Source: Nageia nagi (taxonomy: Eukaryota; Plantae; Pinophyta). From it: 64,000 bases of DNA. Made by a program: the position numbers and the translations under genes. The DNA lies in NCBI GenBank assembly GCA_050084985.1, contig JBITNC010000001.1, positions 41,912,001 to 41,976,000 on the forward strand. Reading direction: 5' to 3'. The notes under the pieces are model-generated. The model had not been told where the DNA came from. It did no database searches and worked only from the letters and a program-made list of their open reading frames with translations. Positions 1-11,449 of this stretch are shown piece after piece. The number at the start of each line of letters is the position of its first letter. Positions within the stretch are counted from its first letter, which is position 1.

Positions 1-411
1 TTTTCATGCAAAGAAGGGGCAAAGTTTAAATGTTAACCCCATTTCACCAAAACATTGGTCATCCATTCAAAAAACTCTTGAAGGACATGTATGAACAAAC
101 AATAAGTTAAAATTTCAATCGAGATGTATCTTCTCAAGTTCTACATTGCAATTGAGCTTTTAAGGATGAAAAATGTAAAAAGATAATAATCATGTATATT
201 TATAATTTTTTAATTATTTTCTCAAATTTTATCAAAATTATTATGATAATCATATTGCATAATTAGATTATCATTTCAAATTTATAAATATATATTATTC
301 TCATGCACTTAGTTAGGGCACTATCATTTTTCATTCATTTAATTAGGGCATTATCATTTTCATACACTTAATTATGGTATTATTATTTTTTTGAACTTAG
401 GTGGAGGACTA
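1..411. repeat. Direct-repeat copy A of a ~410-bp AT-rich segment (copy B at 7206-7613); runs off the left edge of the window
   Basis: TTTTCATGCAAAGAAGGGGCAAAGTTTAAA...GGTGGAGGACTAT is near-identical (about 95% by eye) to 7206-7613; both copies end in a (TA)n tract. Confidence 0.95.
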
Positions 412-426
412 TATATATATATATAT

Positions 427-1155
427 TGTAATGTCCCCAAATTTGTAAAACATCCACTTTCTCTCCTCTTGGAGTGTGACGTTCATGGCAAAGGAGGAGA
501 AACCAAAAATAAATTAATTTAGGAGTATTTTATTAATATTTTGCATTTATTTCTGTAACCAAGGCTAAAGAGACCCTTGAGGCACTCACCCTTGGATTTT
601 ATTTAATTAATCTGGCTCAATTATTTGTAATTAATGCAATATTAGTCTCTCATAATGGGACGTTGCATTTATGAACCATTGATCTTGTAATTTGGCATCT
701 CTAGGCAACCATTATGGGACGTTGGGCTTCCTGGGTCCCTAGATGATTTAATTTGTCATCCCAAGACACCAGAAGAGGGACGTTGCACTTTGGGAGATTC
801 CAAGGTATGAGAGATCTTGTTATAAAAGGAGATGGGATGCATCATTTGCGGGCATGCTTGAAGATCATCAGAGTTTATCTCTTTTTGGGGTTAGCAGCTA
901 GTGGAGTTATAGCTTTCCAGCTAGCTTAGTGGGAGAGCTCGAGCCAGTGTGGAGGAGTTCTTACCTAAGCTAGGATAGCAGCTCGATCCAATGAGGTGGA
1001 GTTGCTAGAGTACCTCGAGCCAGTGAGGTGGAGTTACTGGAATAGTTCGAGCCAGTGTGGTGGAACTATTTCATCCCTGATCTAGATCTATCCAATGGGG
1101 TAGATCTAGATCCAACCAGTGTAGCCATATTCCAGATCTAGATCTAACCTGGTAA
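427..1155 (+). mobile_element. LTR-like fragment (probably Gypsy) inserted in a (TA)n tract
   Basis: Starts TGTAATGTCCCC directly after (TA)n; TATAAAAGG at ~821; internal short repeats (GGGACGTTG x3, TCGAGCCAGTG.GG.GGAGTT x4, GATCTAGATC x3); no partner LTR seen. Confidence 0.5.
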
Positions 1156-1159
1156 AAAT

Positions 1160-2560
1160 ATAGCCTTTAAAATAAAAGGTATAAGTGGATACATACTATA
1201 TACATATGATATGTTTAATTTTTGGTGATTAGATACATTAAATTAATACCTACCTATAATTTTAGGGTGAATGCCCCCTTCTGGGTGTCCAAATATTAGC
1301 CAATTTAAAAATCTTAAAATCCTAATTTTTCACTTGTAAGAGCTTATTAGCCACTAAGAAAACATTGAATCCCATAGTGGCTTAGGAAGCAACTCTAGTT
1401 TTGATTAATAAAATGTTGAAATATTATGTTCTCCCTCATGGTAAGGAGGATTCCATTGTTTGGGTTAAAGAGAAGCATGGTATGTACTCATTTAGGCTAA
1501 TTTATCAAGTTTACAACATCAATAACTTACCATGGAACATGATGAAGAAATTCTTGATCAAACACTTCATACATAAAGAAGCCTTTTTTCTCTAGACAAC
1601 TAACTTGAACAAAAAACTCACCTTAGATAACCTAATAAATAAGGGATTCAAGTTGGAAAAACATATGTATTTTGTGTAAAAGGGAGGAGGAATCAATATA
1701 TCATCATCTATTGATTCACTATGAGTTTATCCAAGAGGTGTTCCTATATATTTTTTAGTAATTTAAGACATATTGGGTTCTACCTCATACTATTAAGGAA
1801 ATGTTGATTCAATGGGAGAGCCCTTTTATTAGCATAAGATTGCATAAATTATGGGAGTTAATCTTAACTCATTTTTGGAGGGGAATATGGAAGGAAATCG
1901 CTTAGATGCCAATCGGGTTTCCCATAGAATCTCACACTTTATCTTAGATAATCTTTCTATTATTAAGTTTAAAGTTGTGTGGGAGTTCATGAGGGATGCT
2001 CCAACCCTATTTAATTGGGGGTTAGAATAGAGAATCAATTATAGGGAGAAACACCTTGTAAGGTATTCCATTAGAGATTACCTTTTGTAGGATGGTTGGC
2101 CATTAATTTTGATGGCTTCTCGAAAGGTAACCCTAGTATGGATGGAGCCACATGAGTGATAAGATATCATTTGGGGAGGATTAAGATGTTAGTTATTAAA
2201 CATTTAGGGTATCAAATGAGTTATTTTATGGATACTAGGGTGACATTCATTAGTATTTCCATGATAAGTAGGTGTAATTGCACTAATTAGGTCATCATAA
2301 GTGATTCTGTGAATGTAATCAACTTGTTAAAGGGTAACTCTCCATCAAGTTGGGACATTAGCAATATGATATAGGAGTCTCAGTGCATCATTAATGATGT
2401 GGATCATATCAAAATACTCCATGATTATTGAGAAGCTAATCACTTAACGGATCACTTAGCTAATGAGGTAGTGAATTGGTAGGAATGAAAAGTATGGGAA
2501 TTTGATTTCCCAGACTAACATGAGTTACTAGCCAAAGAGGATCAAGATAAAGCTAATAAA
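1160..2560 (+). mobile_element. Degenerate L1-type LINE ORF2 3' part with zf-RVT-like region and RNase H
   Basis: TLDNLINKGF..C.LCK..EESI.H at ~1620-1730; GWLAINFDGFSKGNP at ~2090; EANHLTDHLANE at ~2430-2470; many stop codons. Confidence 0.75.
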
Positions 2561-3319
2561 TAAAGCTATCAAGAGCCACACTTTGGAGTTGTAAACAAAT
2601 TTAAATTTTAAAATATGTATGGAGAGATTAGATAGGAAGTCTTAGACTAGGTAGTTGAGTTGGCTTGAGCTAAAAAGCAGGTGCCATGTGGAGGTGAGCT
2701 AGAAAAGGTGGGCTCATCTTAGGAGGGGCTCCTTATTTGATAATTTCTATTTTATATGTAGGAATACTATGTGAATGAGGTGTAAGGTGTGTCAATGTTG
2801 GCTAGCTAACAAACTATGGTAGATATGCAAGCTCCCTCATATTTCTAAATGTACCGAAAAGATTGCATGTAAGAAAAGAGGGGGGGTTCCATCAATAGAT
2901 TATGAGGAGGAAAAAATTGAGTTTTATCTTTCCAAGGATGGGGAGGACATGAAATTCCATGATGTCATCGATATTTCACTCCAGAGGTTGGTAATCAGAG
3001 TGATGAGGTGAAAGGCTAAGATATGTGGGGGGACATGTGGAAACCATACATATGGGGGAGTATGTCATATCATATGAGGTGGATCTTATTTAAGTAATCA
3101 CCTCTATGGATTACAAGCTAAGCAGATGAGGATTCTCGAGGAGCTAATGGGCCTAAGGTGATAGCGAGCTAGGTTATTTATACAAAAGTAAGCCTAGATG
3201 TATGTAATAAAAGAATTGGATCCTTATGGCCATGGTACCTAAGCAGAAGGTAGATGTAGACATACCAAAGCCTCATTTGGAACCATGAAATTTCAATGTC
3301 TCTCCTACCATGAGAACTA

Positions 3320-3660
3320 TTCTAAATTTAGGGGGTTGCTTAAATTTCTAGAGAAATTTAAGCGCTGCAATGAGGACATCTTCTAATAGTTTATGGAGAG
3401 ATAGAAAGGGAGGGCAATTAAATTTTTTGGCATAAGCTTCCAAGTGAACCAAAAGCTCCTTTCTTAGGTGATGGGAATTTCGCTGATGGGAGAAACATTG
3501 AGGTTAGATAACCATATCCTTAAGATAAAGCTTACCAAATTCTACAAGGGAGGCCCTAAGCTATAGTGTGAGAAACATGATGTGGTTGCTCATACATCTC
3601 TCCTAGAGTCATGGCTAGAAGTGACCCTAGTCATCATGTAGTTTATTACTTTATACACCA
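3320..3660 (+). pseudogene. Degenerate TE-associated ORF of unknown function downstream of the LINE RNase H
   Basis: One frame reads FRGLLKFLEKFKRCNEDIF**FMER*KGRAIKFFGISFQVNQKLLS*VMGISLMGE...SLLESWLEVTLVIM*FITL; protein-like, and the stops are explicable by transitions. Confidence 0.35.
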
Positions 3661-3859
3661 CCAATCTTTGGCAAGGATATTTCACTTCAGGTTCTGAATC
3701 ACCTTAAATGTATGAAGATGAATATTCTGACCTTTTTATATACAAAACTAAACAAGGAGGTTGAGGACTATCAAAAGAGTAATGGGAACAAGGTGTGTCA
3801 TAAGAGGTTGACCCTTATGATGTTTAAATCATTATGGGGAAAATAAGTATTTCTAAAAG

Positions 3860-4223
3860 GCAACTAATGAATTTTTTAAGTGTGATTCATATTTGATGGC
3901 AAAGCATGAGTTTGTAATATTCCCCTTCTCAATAAATTATAGCATGAACAAAGAAAAAGTAGATCATCCTCCAATGGACTCATCGTCTCTAGAAGTAACA
4001 AATATTTATATCCACACTCCCTAAGCAATCATATCCTAGATATGTCAACATCTTACTATCAAACTTGTTATACCATATACTCCTCACCACTATTGGCCTT
4101 TCGCACCCAAAATCATTATCATACATTGTAAATCTCATAGATATTTCCATCATCATAGTATTCACAAGAGTAACTTTATCTAGTTGCATAATTGCTGGTG
4201 TTTTCTCCAGTTCAGCTTTAATA
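3860..4223 (-). pseudogene. Truncated, degenerate BAHD acyltransferase paralog fragment (3' end of exon 2 plus 3' flank)
   Basis: ORF 3989-4189 (MRFTMYDNDFGCERPIVVRSIWYNKFDSKMLTYLGYDCLGSVDINIC) aligns with 9170-9508; DFGWG has become DFGCE; frameshift near the 3' end. Confidence 0.92.
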
Positions 4224-5350
4224 TTAATTATTCACCTTGGTTGGCTAACATTGTTCCTACTATGAAATCAAATGGGGAAATCAGTTTTTGTACAAATTTT
4301 AGATATTTAAACAAGGCTTATCCTAATAATAATTTTCCTTTTCCACATATTGATACCATTATGGACTTAATTGCAAACCATGAGTTGTTATCTTTCATGG
4401 ATAGTTTTTCAAGTTACAATCAAATAAGGATGAATAAAAAGGGTCAACACAAAAAAAAACTTCAATACATATTGGGGTAGATTCTATTAAGTATTCATTC
4501 CCTTTGACCTCAACCATTTTAGAGCTACATATCAAAGTGCAGTGGAAACTATGTTTCATGATATTATTCATAAATCTATTGAAGTAGATGTTGATGACAT
4601 TCTTGCAAAATCTAAAAAAAAAATAGGATCATTTACCATACTTAAGGATTATCTTTGAGAGATTGAGATAATATAATTTGAAGTTAAATCATAAGAAGTA
4701 TTATTTTGGAGTGTCTAATGGCAAATTGATAGGGTACATTATCTCTAGAAGAGGTATACAAATTAATCCCAAAAGGTTAAATCCATAATAGATATGCCTC
4801 CACCTAAGAAAATCAAGCAACTCATAAGTTTGCAGGAGAAAATTCAATAATTAAAATATTTATAGCATAATTGGTAGATAAAATAACATTGTTATGCTAT
4901 TTTCTCAAGAAAGGAAACAAGTATGTCTGGACTAAGGAGTGTCCAAAAGCATATGAAGATATCAAAAGGAACCTACTTATTCCTCCTATTTTGTAACCAA
5001 CTGATCATAGTAAACCTTTATATCTATATATTTAAACTACAAGTCATGCAATAGGAACTATTTTGGTATAACTTGATAAGGAAGATAAGAAAGAGTTTTG
5101 TATTATTTGTCCAAAACTTTACAAAAGGTTGAAATAAAACACACTCCAATTGAGAAGTTTTGTTACTCCACATTTTATACCACATAAAATTTGATGCATT
5201 ACATGATTACAAATACCACTCACATAGTAGCTCAAGTGGACCCATTGAGGTATTTATTATCCAAACTATAGTTACAAGGTAGACTAGCCAAATGGATAAT
5301 GGACTTGTAATAATTTAACTTCATTTATGCACATCAAAAGAAAATTAAAT
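4224..5350 (+). mobile_element. Gypsy (Tat/Ogre-like) reverse transcriptase-RNase H remnant
   Basis: YSPWLANIVP..KSNGEISFCTNFRYLNKAYP..NFPFPHIDTIMDLIANHELLSFMDSFSSYNQIRM; degenerate VDDIL at ~4590; later LQGRLAKWIM; many stops and frameshifts. Confidence 0.88.
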
Positions 5351-6461
5351 GATACCCATTCAAGTTTACTAATAAGGACTTAGAATTATATGGTATTACA
5401 AATACAAGAAAGAATACATGGTCAAATCTATGTACAAAGATCTCAACATTAGATACAATCCCAAATTTCCTTCCTTTATATAGGAAAGATTATAAGATTG
5501 TAAGGCATGGCTTAAAGCATGTTTTCTACTTTATTTAGTTGTGCATGATAAATTGCTAATAGGTGAGAAGATACTATTCAAAGGATTGAATGGATCCTTC
5601 TACTATGAATTATGTTATACATCTAATGAATCTAGCTTTTAACTACTAATCCATAATTTTTACAACTCTTATCTATACTTAGGTTGGGTCAACCCATATG
5701 TCTATTATTTATCTAGCATACACCATTCAAAAGATTAATCTCTCAAATTCTCTTTAACATAGTAGCTGACATGCTCACGTAGTTATTTTGGCTAAAGCAT
5801 AACCATCAGATAGTTAGGAGAAAAGAAAAGAACATTTATACTATTTGGAATCATTTTGAAAGATAAATAACTCATAAATTGGAGGTTCAAATGAATATTT
5901 TGTTGCCTCAATAGGATATCCTTTTTACAATCAAATATTGAAAACTTATCAATTTGTTTTATTCTAAATCACATTCACTCCCTTCAAGCCCACCACTATA
6001 TGGATAAACTAAAATATAGAAACTATCTTTAAAAGATCTAGTACAAAAATCTACCACATTATTTCTACTTAGATACCATTAATCATATAACTTCAAGGCC
6101 AAATATCACCTACCCATCTCAATAGATATATTCCCCTACATTTGGAAGATGTATACTTCATGTTTCAATATTAACTAGATCTTAATAAATGATAAAATAT
6201 ATTATCATTCATGATGGTCTCTACACTAATAGAGGATTCATTTTCTATATTAGTTTGGTACAAAAATAAGAGAAGTGAATTTTTCCCCTCGTTCCATGTT
6301 GCTTTTTCACACGTTGTGAGGATATTTGCTAGATTCATCTTGATATTGTATATTTTTGTATCTTTGATTATCTATAGGATTTCATCCATGTTCTTTCATG
6401 TTTTTCTAATATACTCACCAAGATTTTCTCTATTGTAATTACTCTTTTATATAATCAAAAA
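5351..6461 (+). mobile_element. 5'-truncated L1-type LINE 3' end inserted in the Tat-like element
   Basis: zf-RVT-like VVHDKLLIGEKILFKGLNGSF.YELC at ~5540-5620; ends in an A-rich tail (ATAATCAAAAAAT) at ~6450-6462. Confidence 0.5.
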
Positions 6462-6499
6462 ATAATTTTGTCCACCCAAAAACAAAGCTAGATAAATAT

Positions 6500-6760
6500 G
6501 AATAAATTCTATGGAGCACTTAATTTCCTAAATATAATAAACTCAAGAAGGCATATAGTAAGAAAAGTAATACAAAAGGATTCAAAATAGGTGATTTGAT
6601 CCTCATGAAAGATTGGAAGAAATTTGAGTTAAATTAACATGGTCCATTCATTGTAATAAAGAAGTTTGGACCAAGTACATACAAGTTAGCAACCATTGAC
6701 AAGAATAATATTCCTAAATTATTAAATATTATGAATCTAAAGAGATTCTTTACATAAATA
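6500..6760 (+). mobile_element. Tat/Ogre-like integrase C-terminus remnant
   Basis: KGFKIGDLIL...HGPFIVIKKFGPSTYKLAT...LNIMNLKRFFT*, the typical GPF/GPY module ending a Gypsy integrase. Confidence 0.75.
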
Positions 6761-7205
6761 TCAGATCATATCTCATTAAGAAAATTTCAACTCAAAAAGT
6801 AATTAGTAATTTTAGTATTAAGGTAATAAGACAACACCACATGTCAAACCTTAAGTAATTTTGAACAAAATTCTAGATTAACAATAATTTGAGTATCTAT
6901 GCTTAGAGAAATTATGATCTAGTTTCTATCTTATTTTTATTGAAATTGATTTTTGCAATTCACATGCATCATTAATATGTATACCATGTTAGTATTCCTT
7001 TTGTTTAACAAATTTCAATGGTAGAAACATAAGAATTTAATCATAAAAATCACTTAAGTAGTAAAGAAAATAAAAAATGTCCACCATGAGCATTTCCATA
7101 AATCATTCCCAATATGGAATCAATAAGATAGTAATATATTAGGAACTTATTTTCCATTATAAATTCACAATAATAATTAAAAAAAAAAAATCTTTTTCAA
7201 GGTAG

Positions 7206-7613
7206 TTTTCATGCAAAGAAGGGGCAAAGTTTAAACTTTAACCCTATTTCACCAAAAATTAGTCATCCATTCAAAAAACTCTTGAAGGACATGTATGAAC
7301 AAACAATAAGTTAAAATTTCAGCCGAGATGTATCTTTTCAAGTTCTACATTGCAATTGAGCTTTTAAGGATGAAAAATGTAAAAAGATAATAATCATGTA
7401 TATTTATAATTTCTTAATTATCTCTCAAATTTTATCAAAATTATTGTGATAATCATATTGTTTGCTTAGATTATCATTTCAAATTTATAAATATATATTA
7501 TTCTCATGAACTTAGTTAGGGCACTATCATTTTCATTCATTTAATTAGGGCATTATTATTTTCATACACTTAATTATGGTATTATTATTTTTGTGAACTT
7601 AGGTGGAGGACTA
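7206..7613. repeat. Direct-repeat copy B of segment 1-411
   Basis: Near-identical to 1-411. Confidence 0.95.
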
Positions 7614-8569
7614 TCATCTATATATATATAATCCCTTGAATAGATTATCATTATATTGATCACTTACAATTTGATTCAGTGTTGACCATGGTCATCATTA
7701 ATATCTAACAATTTATTATAATATCTAATAAAGGGTGGTTGATCACTATTAAGGATTGCTAATAAGCCCCACACCACCCAAGATAGATACAAAAAGTTTT
7801 GAACTTATCCTTTCTTGTATGAGACTTTTTCATTTATATATCATATTGCTTTAATCTTCTTGTTTTAATCAAGGTCTTTATATGTCCCTCCAAGTAAAAA
7901 TTATAGAAGAAAAGAGGAAAATGAGGCATGCCAAGCTCACACATATCTATTTCAAGGAAAGTTCATCAATAATGGTAATATTTTTTACTATATTATTTGA
8001 GAATGTGGTCTTAAGTCTATCCATGACATTCTAAAAAGGGAAAAATATAGTTACTTCAATATATTTTTCATGTTTAATTAAATACTTGATTGGGTATTCA
8101 AAAAGGTAAAATTAATTAGTAAGAAATAATGAAAAGATAATATGAATCCAATATGTAATATGTAATATTCAAGATAAATTCAACTATCTTTTTATATAAG
8201 ATCAGTTTCATTTTATTTCAATATAATCAATTCTCCCAACAAAATGATAATCTAAAGAATTCCAAAGATAATCATACAGATAAACCTTCAAAGACATCAA
8301 CACTTCAACTCTTGACTTAAACCTAAAGTATTGCTACTATATCAAATATTTTAAGACCTCATAACATCTCATATAACTTCTAAAATTGTTCAATTATTAC
8401 TAACTAGAAAGTGGATGGTCCAAACTATTTTCTTAAACCAATGATGACAATACAAAAATTAGTTTCATTCGTTTGTTGCATCATCATATGTTTAAGGTCC
8501 TTAGATGATTTTTTAAATCCAGATATTAAATGAAGTTAATCATATATATTTCACTTCATATTGTTTTAG

Positions 8570-8710
8570 AATATTAATCATTACCTTTCACTTCATATTT
8601 CTTTATCAAGCATGAGGGAGTTTGATTTCAATTCATATTGATTTTAGATGAATATTAATCATGTATCTTTCGCATCATATTTCTTTATCAAGCATGAGGG
8701 AGTTTGATAC
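8570..8710. repeat. Short tandem duplication (~82-bp period)
   Basis: AATATTAATCAT...CATATTTCTTTATCAAGCATGAGGGAGTTTGAT occurs at ~8570 and ~8652. Confidence 0.85.
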
Positions 8711-9217
8711 TTGAGTTTCACTAATTTCTAAACCAATCTAAGAAACATTTAAGAATTACATCTTTTTAAGTTAGTAGCATCCAATCCAAATTTATATCAC
8801 TATTATTACATAAATATTGTTTACTTGTAAACTAGATCTCAAATTATTAATTGATTATTTGATATATGATTTAACAATTTCTTAAAAGATTATTATTTAT
8901 CTATTTTAATTTGTACAAATAAGCTTGTAAGTTTTTTTTTTTTTTTTCTATTTTATTTTCTCCGTTAAGAAAATTCATCTACCAAAACAACCCTTCGTCA
9001 AATTCTGAATCCCCATATTCAATATGCTAAAGTTCTACCAGGGAGGTTGCATTCGGTCTCAGGCATGCCATGTTAATTACACAAAATGTTTCTAAAAAGA
9101 CAATGCTGCAACATCTTTCTAAAATTGAATATGGTACAAAAGCTTTCCCTCCCAGAATTGTATAAGCAAACAATGGATTTCCAAGTGTGATCCAATGGCA
9201 GAGCATGAGTTTTCTGC

Positions 9218-10083
9218 TCAATCATAGCATGGACAAAGAAAAAGTGGATCATCCTCCAACGCACTCATCGTCTCTGGAAGCAAACAAATCTCTATATCCA
9301 CACTCCCTGAGCCGTCAGAGCCTGGATATGCAGACATCTTACCATCAAACTTGTTAGACCATCCACTCCTCACCCCTATAGGCCTTCCCCACCCAAAATC
9401 ATTATCATACATTGGAAATCTGGAGAGCTTCCCATCATCACAGTATTTGCAGGAGCACCTTTGTCCAGCTGCACAATTGTTGGTATTTTCTCCAGTTCAG
9501 CTTTAATACTGGCATCCTGGTGCGCCCTTATGATGCTGTTCAGAAGCCCCGCAACGTACGAAACGTCACGTACTTAGAAGCTCGCCGGCCGAAACGGTGG
9601 AACTCAGGAACTGGATGGCGTTTCCAAAGTAGGAATAGGGTAAGGGAGGAATTTGTCTGGGACGGCAGTTTACGGCTAGTTTGAAGGTGGTGAACTCCGC
9701 CGTAGGAAGTTTCCGGGCGCGTGTTATGCACAGCCATATGTGAGAAGACAGAGCTTGGAAGGAGGAGATGGGTGGTTTTTCTTTGTGGGATCTGTTTGCT
9801 CGGGCTTTCAGGCGGGCAATCGTATCGGCGGTGAAGTGGAAGATTTTTTCGCAGAAGGGCGGAGGAGAAAATCTGAGCGGTGATTTTAGTGATGGAGGTT
9901 GAGTTTGATTGGCAATCCTGAGCTAAAACAGCGCGTGTGCAGTGGCGGGGCAGCAATGATGGCGGTGGCGGGTTCATGACACATTTGTGCCCATGTGTTT
10001 ATGAAATGCCACAGGGAAGTTCCGTCCACCGTTGCATGGTTTACTGTACAGCCCAATGCAATTCCATCTCTCAGCTTCGTTAC
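9218..10083 (-). CDS. DCR-like: BAHD acyltransferase (DCR/PEL3-like), exon 2; three 1-bp indels as assembled (possible pseudogene or assembly error)
   Basis: Acceptor TTCCAG|GTA at 10084/10083. Stitched frames read VTKLRDGIALGCTVNHATVDGTSLWHF (HXXXDG), EKIFHFTADTIARLKARAN, ISSFQALSSHIWLCITRAR, VNCRPRQIPPLPYSYFGNAIQ and GSSP(R)FPMYDNDFGWGRPIGVRSGWSNKFDGKMSAYPG...SVDIEICLLPETMSALEDD; stop at 9220-9218. The 866 nt fall one base short of 289 codons. Confidence 0.93.
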
Positions 10084-10908
10084 CTGGAAATTGAAAATAC
10101 ATTTATCAGGAATCTTGCTTTTCGAAAGAATAACAGAGTATGAAGAGATTGGTAGATACATATATCATGATTCTTGGTTTTTAGAAACAATTCCTCTATA
10201 ATTGTAGTTTTGAAGTATTTGACAGAATAACAGAGTTTAAATGGTTATTCATAAGTTTGGATTAAAATACAGAAATGAGAAATCCTATTTGTTTGTGAAT
10301 AGTAGGCAATGGTTGGGAAATAGTAAGTGACAAAAAACTTTACAAAGGGACAAGCAGTTTACTCCAAATTTAAACTGTAGAGAATATTGAGGAAATCTAA
10401 TCTTGCACCATAGATGTCCTGTGTGGAAATAAAATCATTTCATTTCTATGTTGGTTAGTGTAATGATTCTATACGTGTGACAGCCTGCACAGTACGGTAG
10501 TGTGGAAAGAATCTTTGAACATACTTCGCCAGCGTTATCTGGTTGTGAGATTCATTAGAAGCCAAAGTAATACCAAAACATAGGGATTGAACTGCTCTAA
10601 ATTTTTTATAGCTTCTTCTTTGCTTAGTTATCAGCTTATAACTAAAGTTTCAAGTATTAATCAATGGCTAGAAGGCAAGAGTGTGCTGGAATGGCAGAAA
10701 TGAAATCTGCAATCAACTATTCTAAAAATAATATGCCAAACCATAAATTAACTAGTAAAAACAAAGCGTAAAAACCATGACGAATATCCATTACAGTCTA
10801 CATGTAAAAACCGCCATATGATAAGTAGACCTCGTTTGCGATTATTTGGCGAAATAATGCTAACTCTAAAACCAACTTTATGAATATCCATAAGAATCAA
10901 ACACGAAC
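10084..10908 (-). other. 825-bp GT-AG intron at the conserved BAHD Q position
   Basis: Donor CAG|GTTCGT at 10909/10908 and acceptor TTTCCAG at 10084; phase 0, between ...VVIQ and VTKL..., shortly upstream of HXXXD. Confidence 0.9.
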
Positions 10909-11358
10909 CTGAATTACTACCAACGGCAGAAATTGACCGTTGATATTGATGGCACCATCTAAAGCAAAAAGCTCCCGAACGACAGGACCGATTTTCTGCG
11001 CCATGATTTCTTCAACCCCAACTGCCGGTGCCGAAGCTTCGATAAACTCGACTCCACAATCATTACAATCGATGTAAACTTCTCCCTCCGCCGAGATTGC
11101 AAGCCTTCCGGCGAGCGGAAAAAAACGCATCAAGCATTCAGACAAACTCTTTTTCAGCATCTCCGTCAGCGACCGAAAATCGTAACTCATGTTCTCCTCC
11201 ATGGAATAAATCAACGCCTTCTGAATATAATTGCAGCCCAACATCTGCAAATCGGAAGAGCTAAGCTTACACCGTTGTGGAATCGAAGGCAGGGCGGGAA
11301 AAACTGTGGTTTTCCTATCCAACCTCACCATTCTACCAATCTCAACTGCAGCCGGCAT
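10909..11358 (-). CDS. DCR-like: BAHD acyltransferase (DCR/PEL3-like), exon 1 (150 codons)
   Basis: ATG at 11358; MPAAVEIG...KLSSSDLQMLGCNYIQKAL...LKKSLSECLMRFFPLAGRL...YIDCNDCGVEFIEASA...LPLVVIQ; intact Transferase-domain N-terminus. The joined protein would be ~438 aa. Confidence 0.95.
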
Positions 11359-11442
11359 TTTCAAACTAGAAATAGAAATAGAAATGACAACTGCAAAGCA
11401 AGCAAAGCAGACGAGATAAATTTTGTGTGAAGGCTAACAGGC

Positions 11443-11449
11443 TTTTATA
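11443..11449 (-). promoter_or_regulatory. TATA box of the BAHD gene
   Basis: CTATAAAAGC on the minus strand, ~85 nt upstream of the ATG. Confidence 0.6.

Noticed and set aside
936-1070. CRISPR-like repeat-spacer array
   Set aside because: Eukaryotic context, degenerate repeats, very short related spacers and no cas genes.
9400-9900. Programmed frameshifting or RNA editing to rescue the BAHD frame
   Set aside because: No slippery heptamers; three independent events would be needed; sequencing error or pseudogenisation is simpler.
9540-9977. 145-aa ORF (MNPPPPSLLPRH...) and overlapping plus-strand ORFs at 9412-10201
   Set aside because: Off-frame or antisense readings of BAHD exon 2; the BAHD motifs lie in other frames.
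9218-11358. Taxoid or HCT-type acyltransferase assignment
   Set aside because: The motifs (DLQMLGCNYIQK; GSSPRFPMYDNDFGWGRP..VRSG..NKFDGK) match the DCR-like clade instead, and no other pathway genes are present to suggest a biosynthetic cluster.
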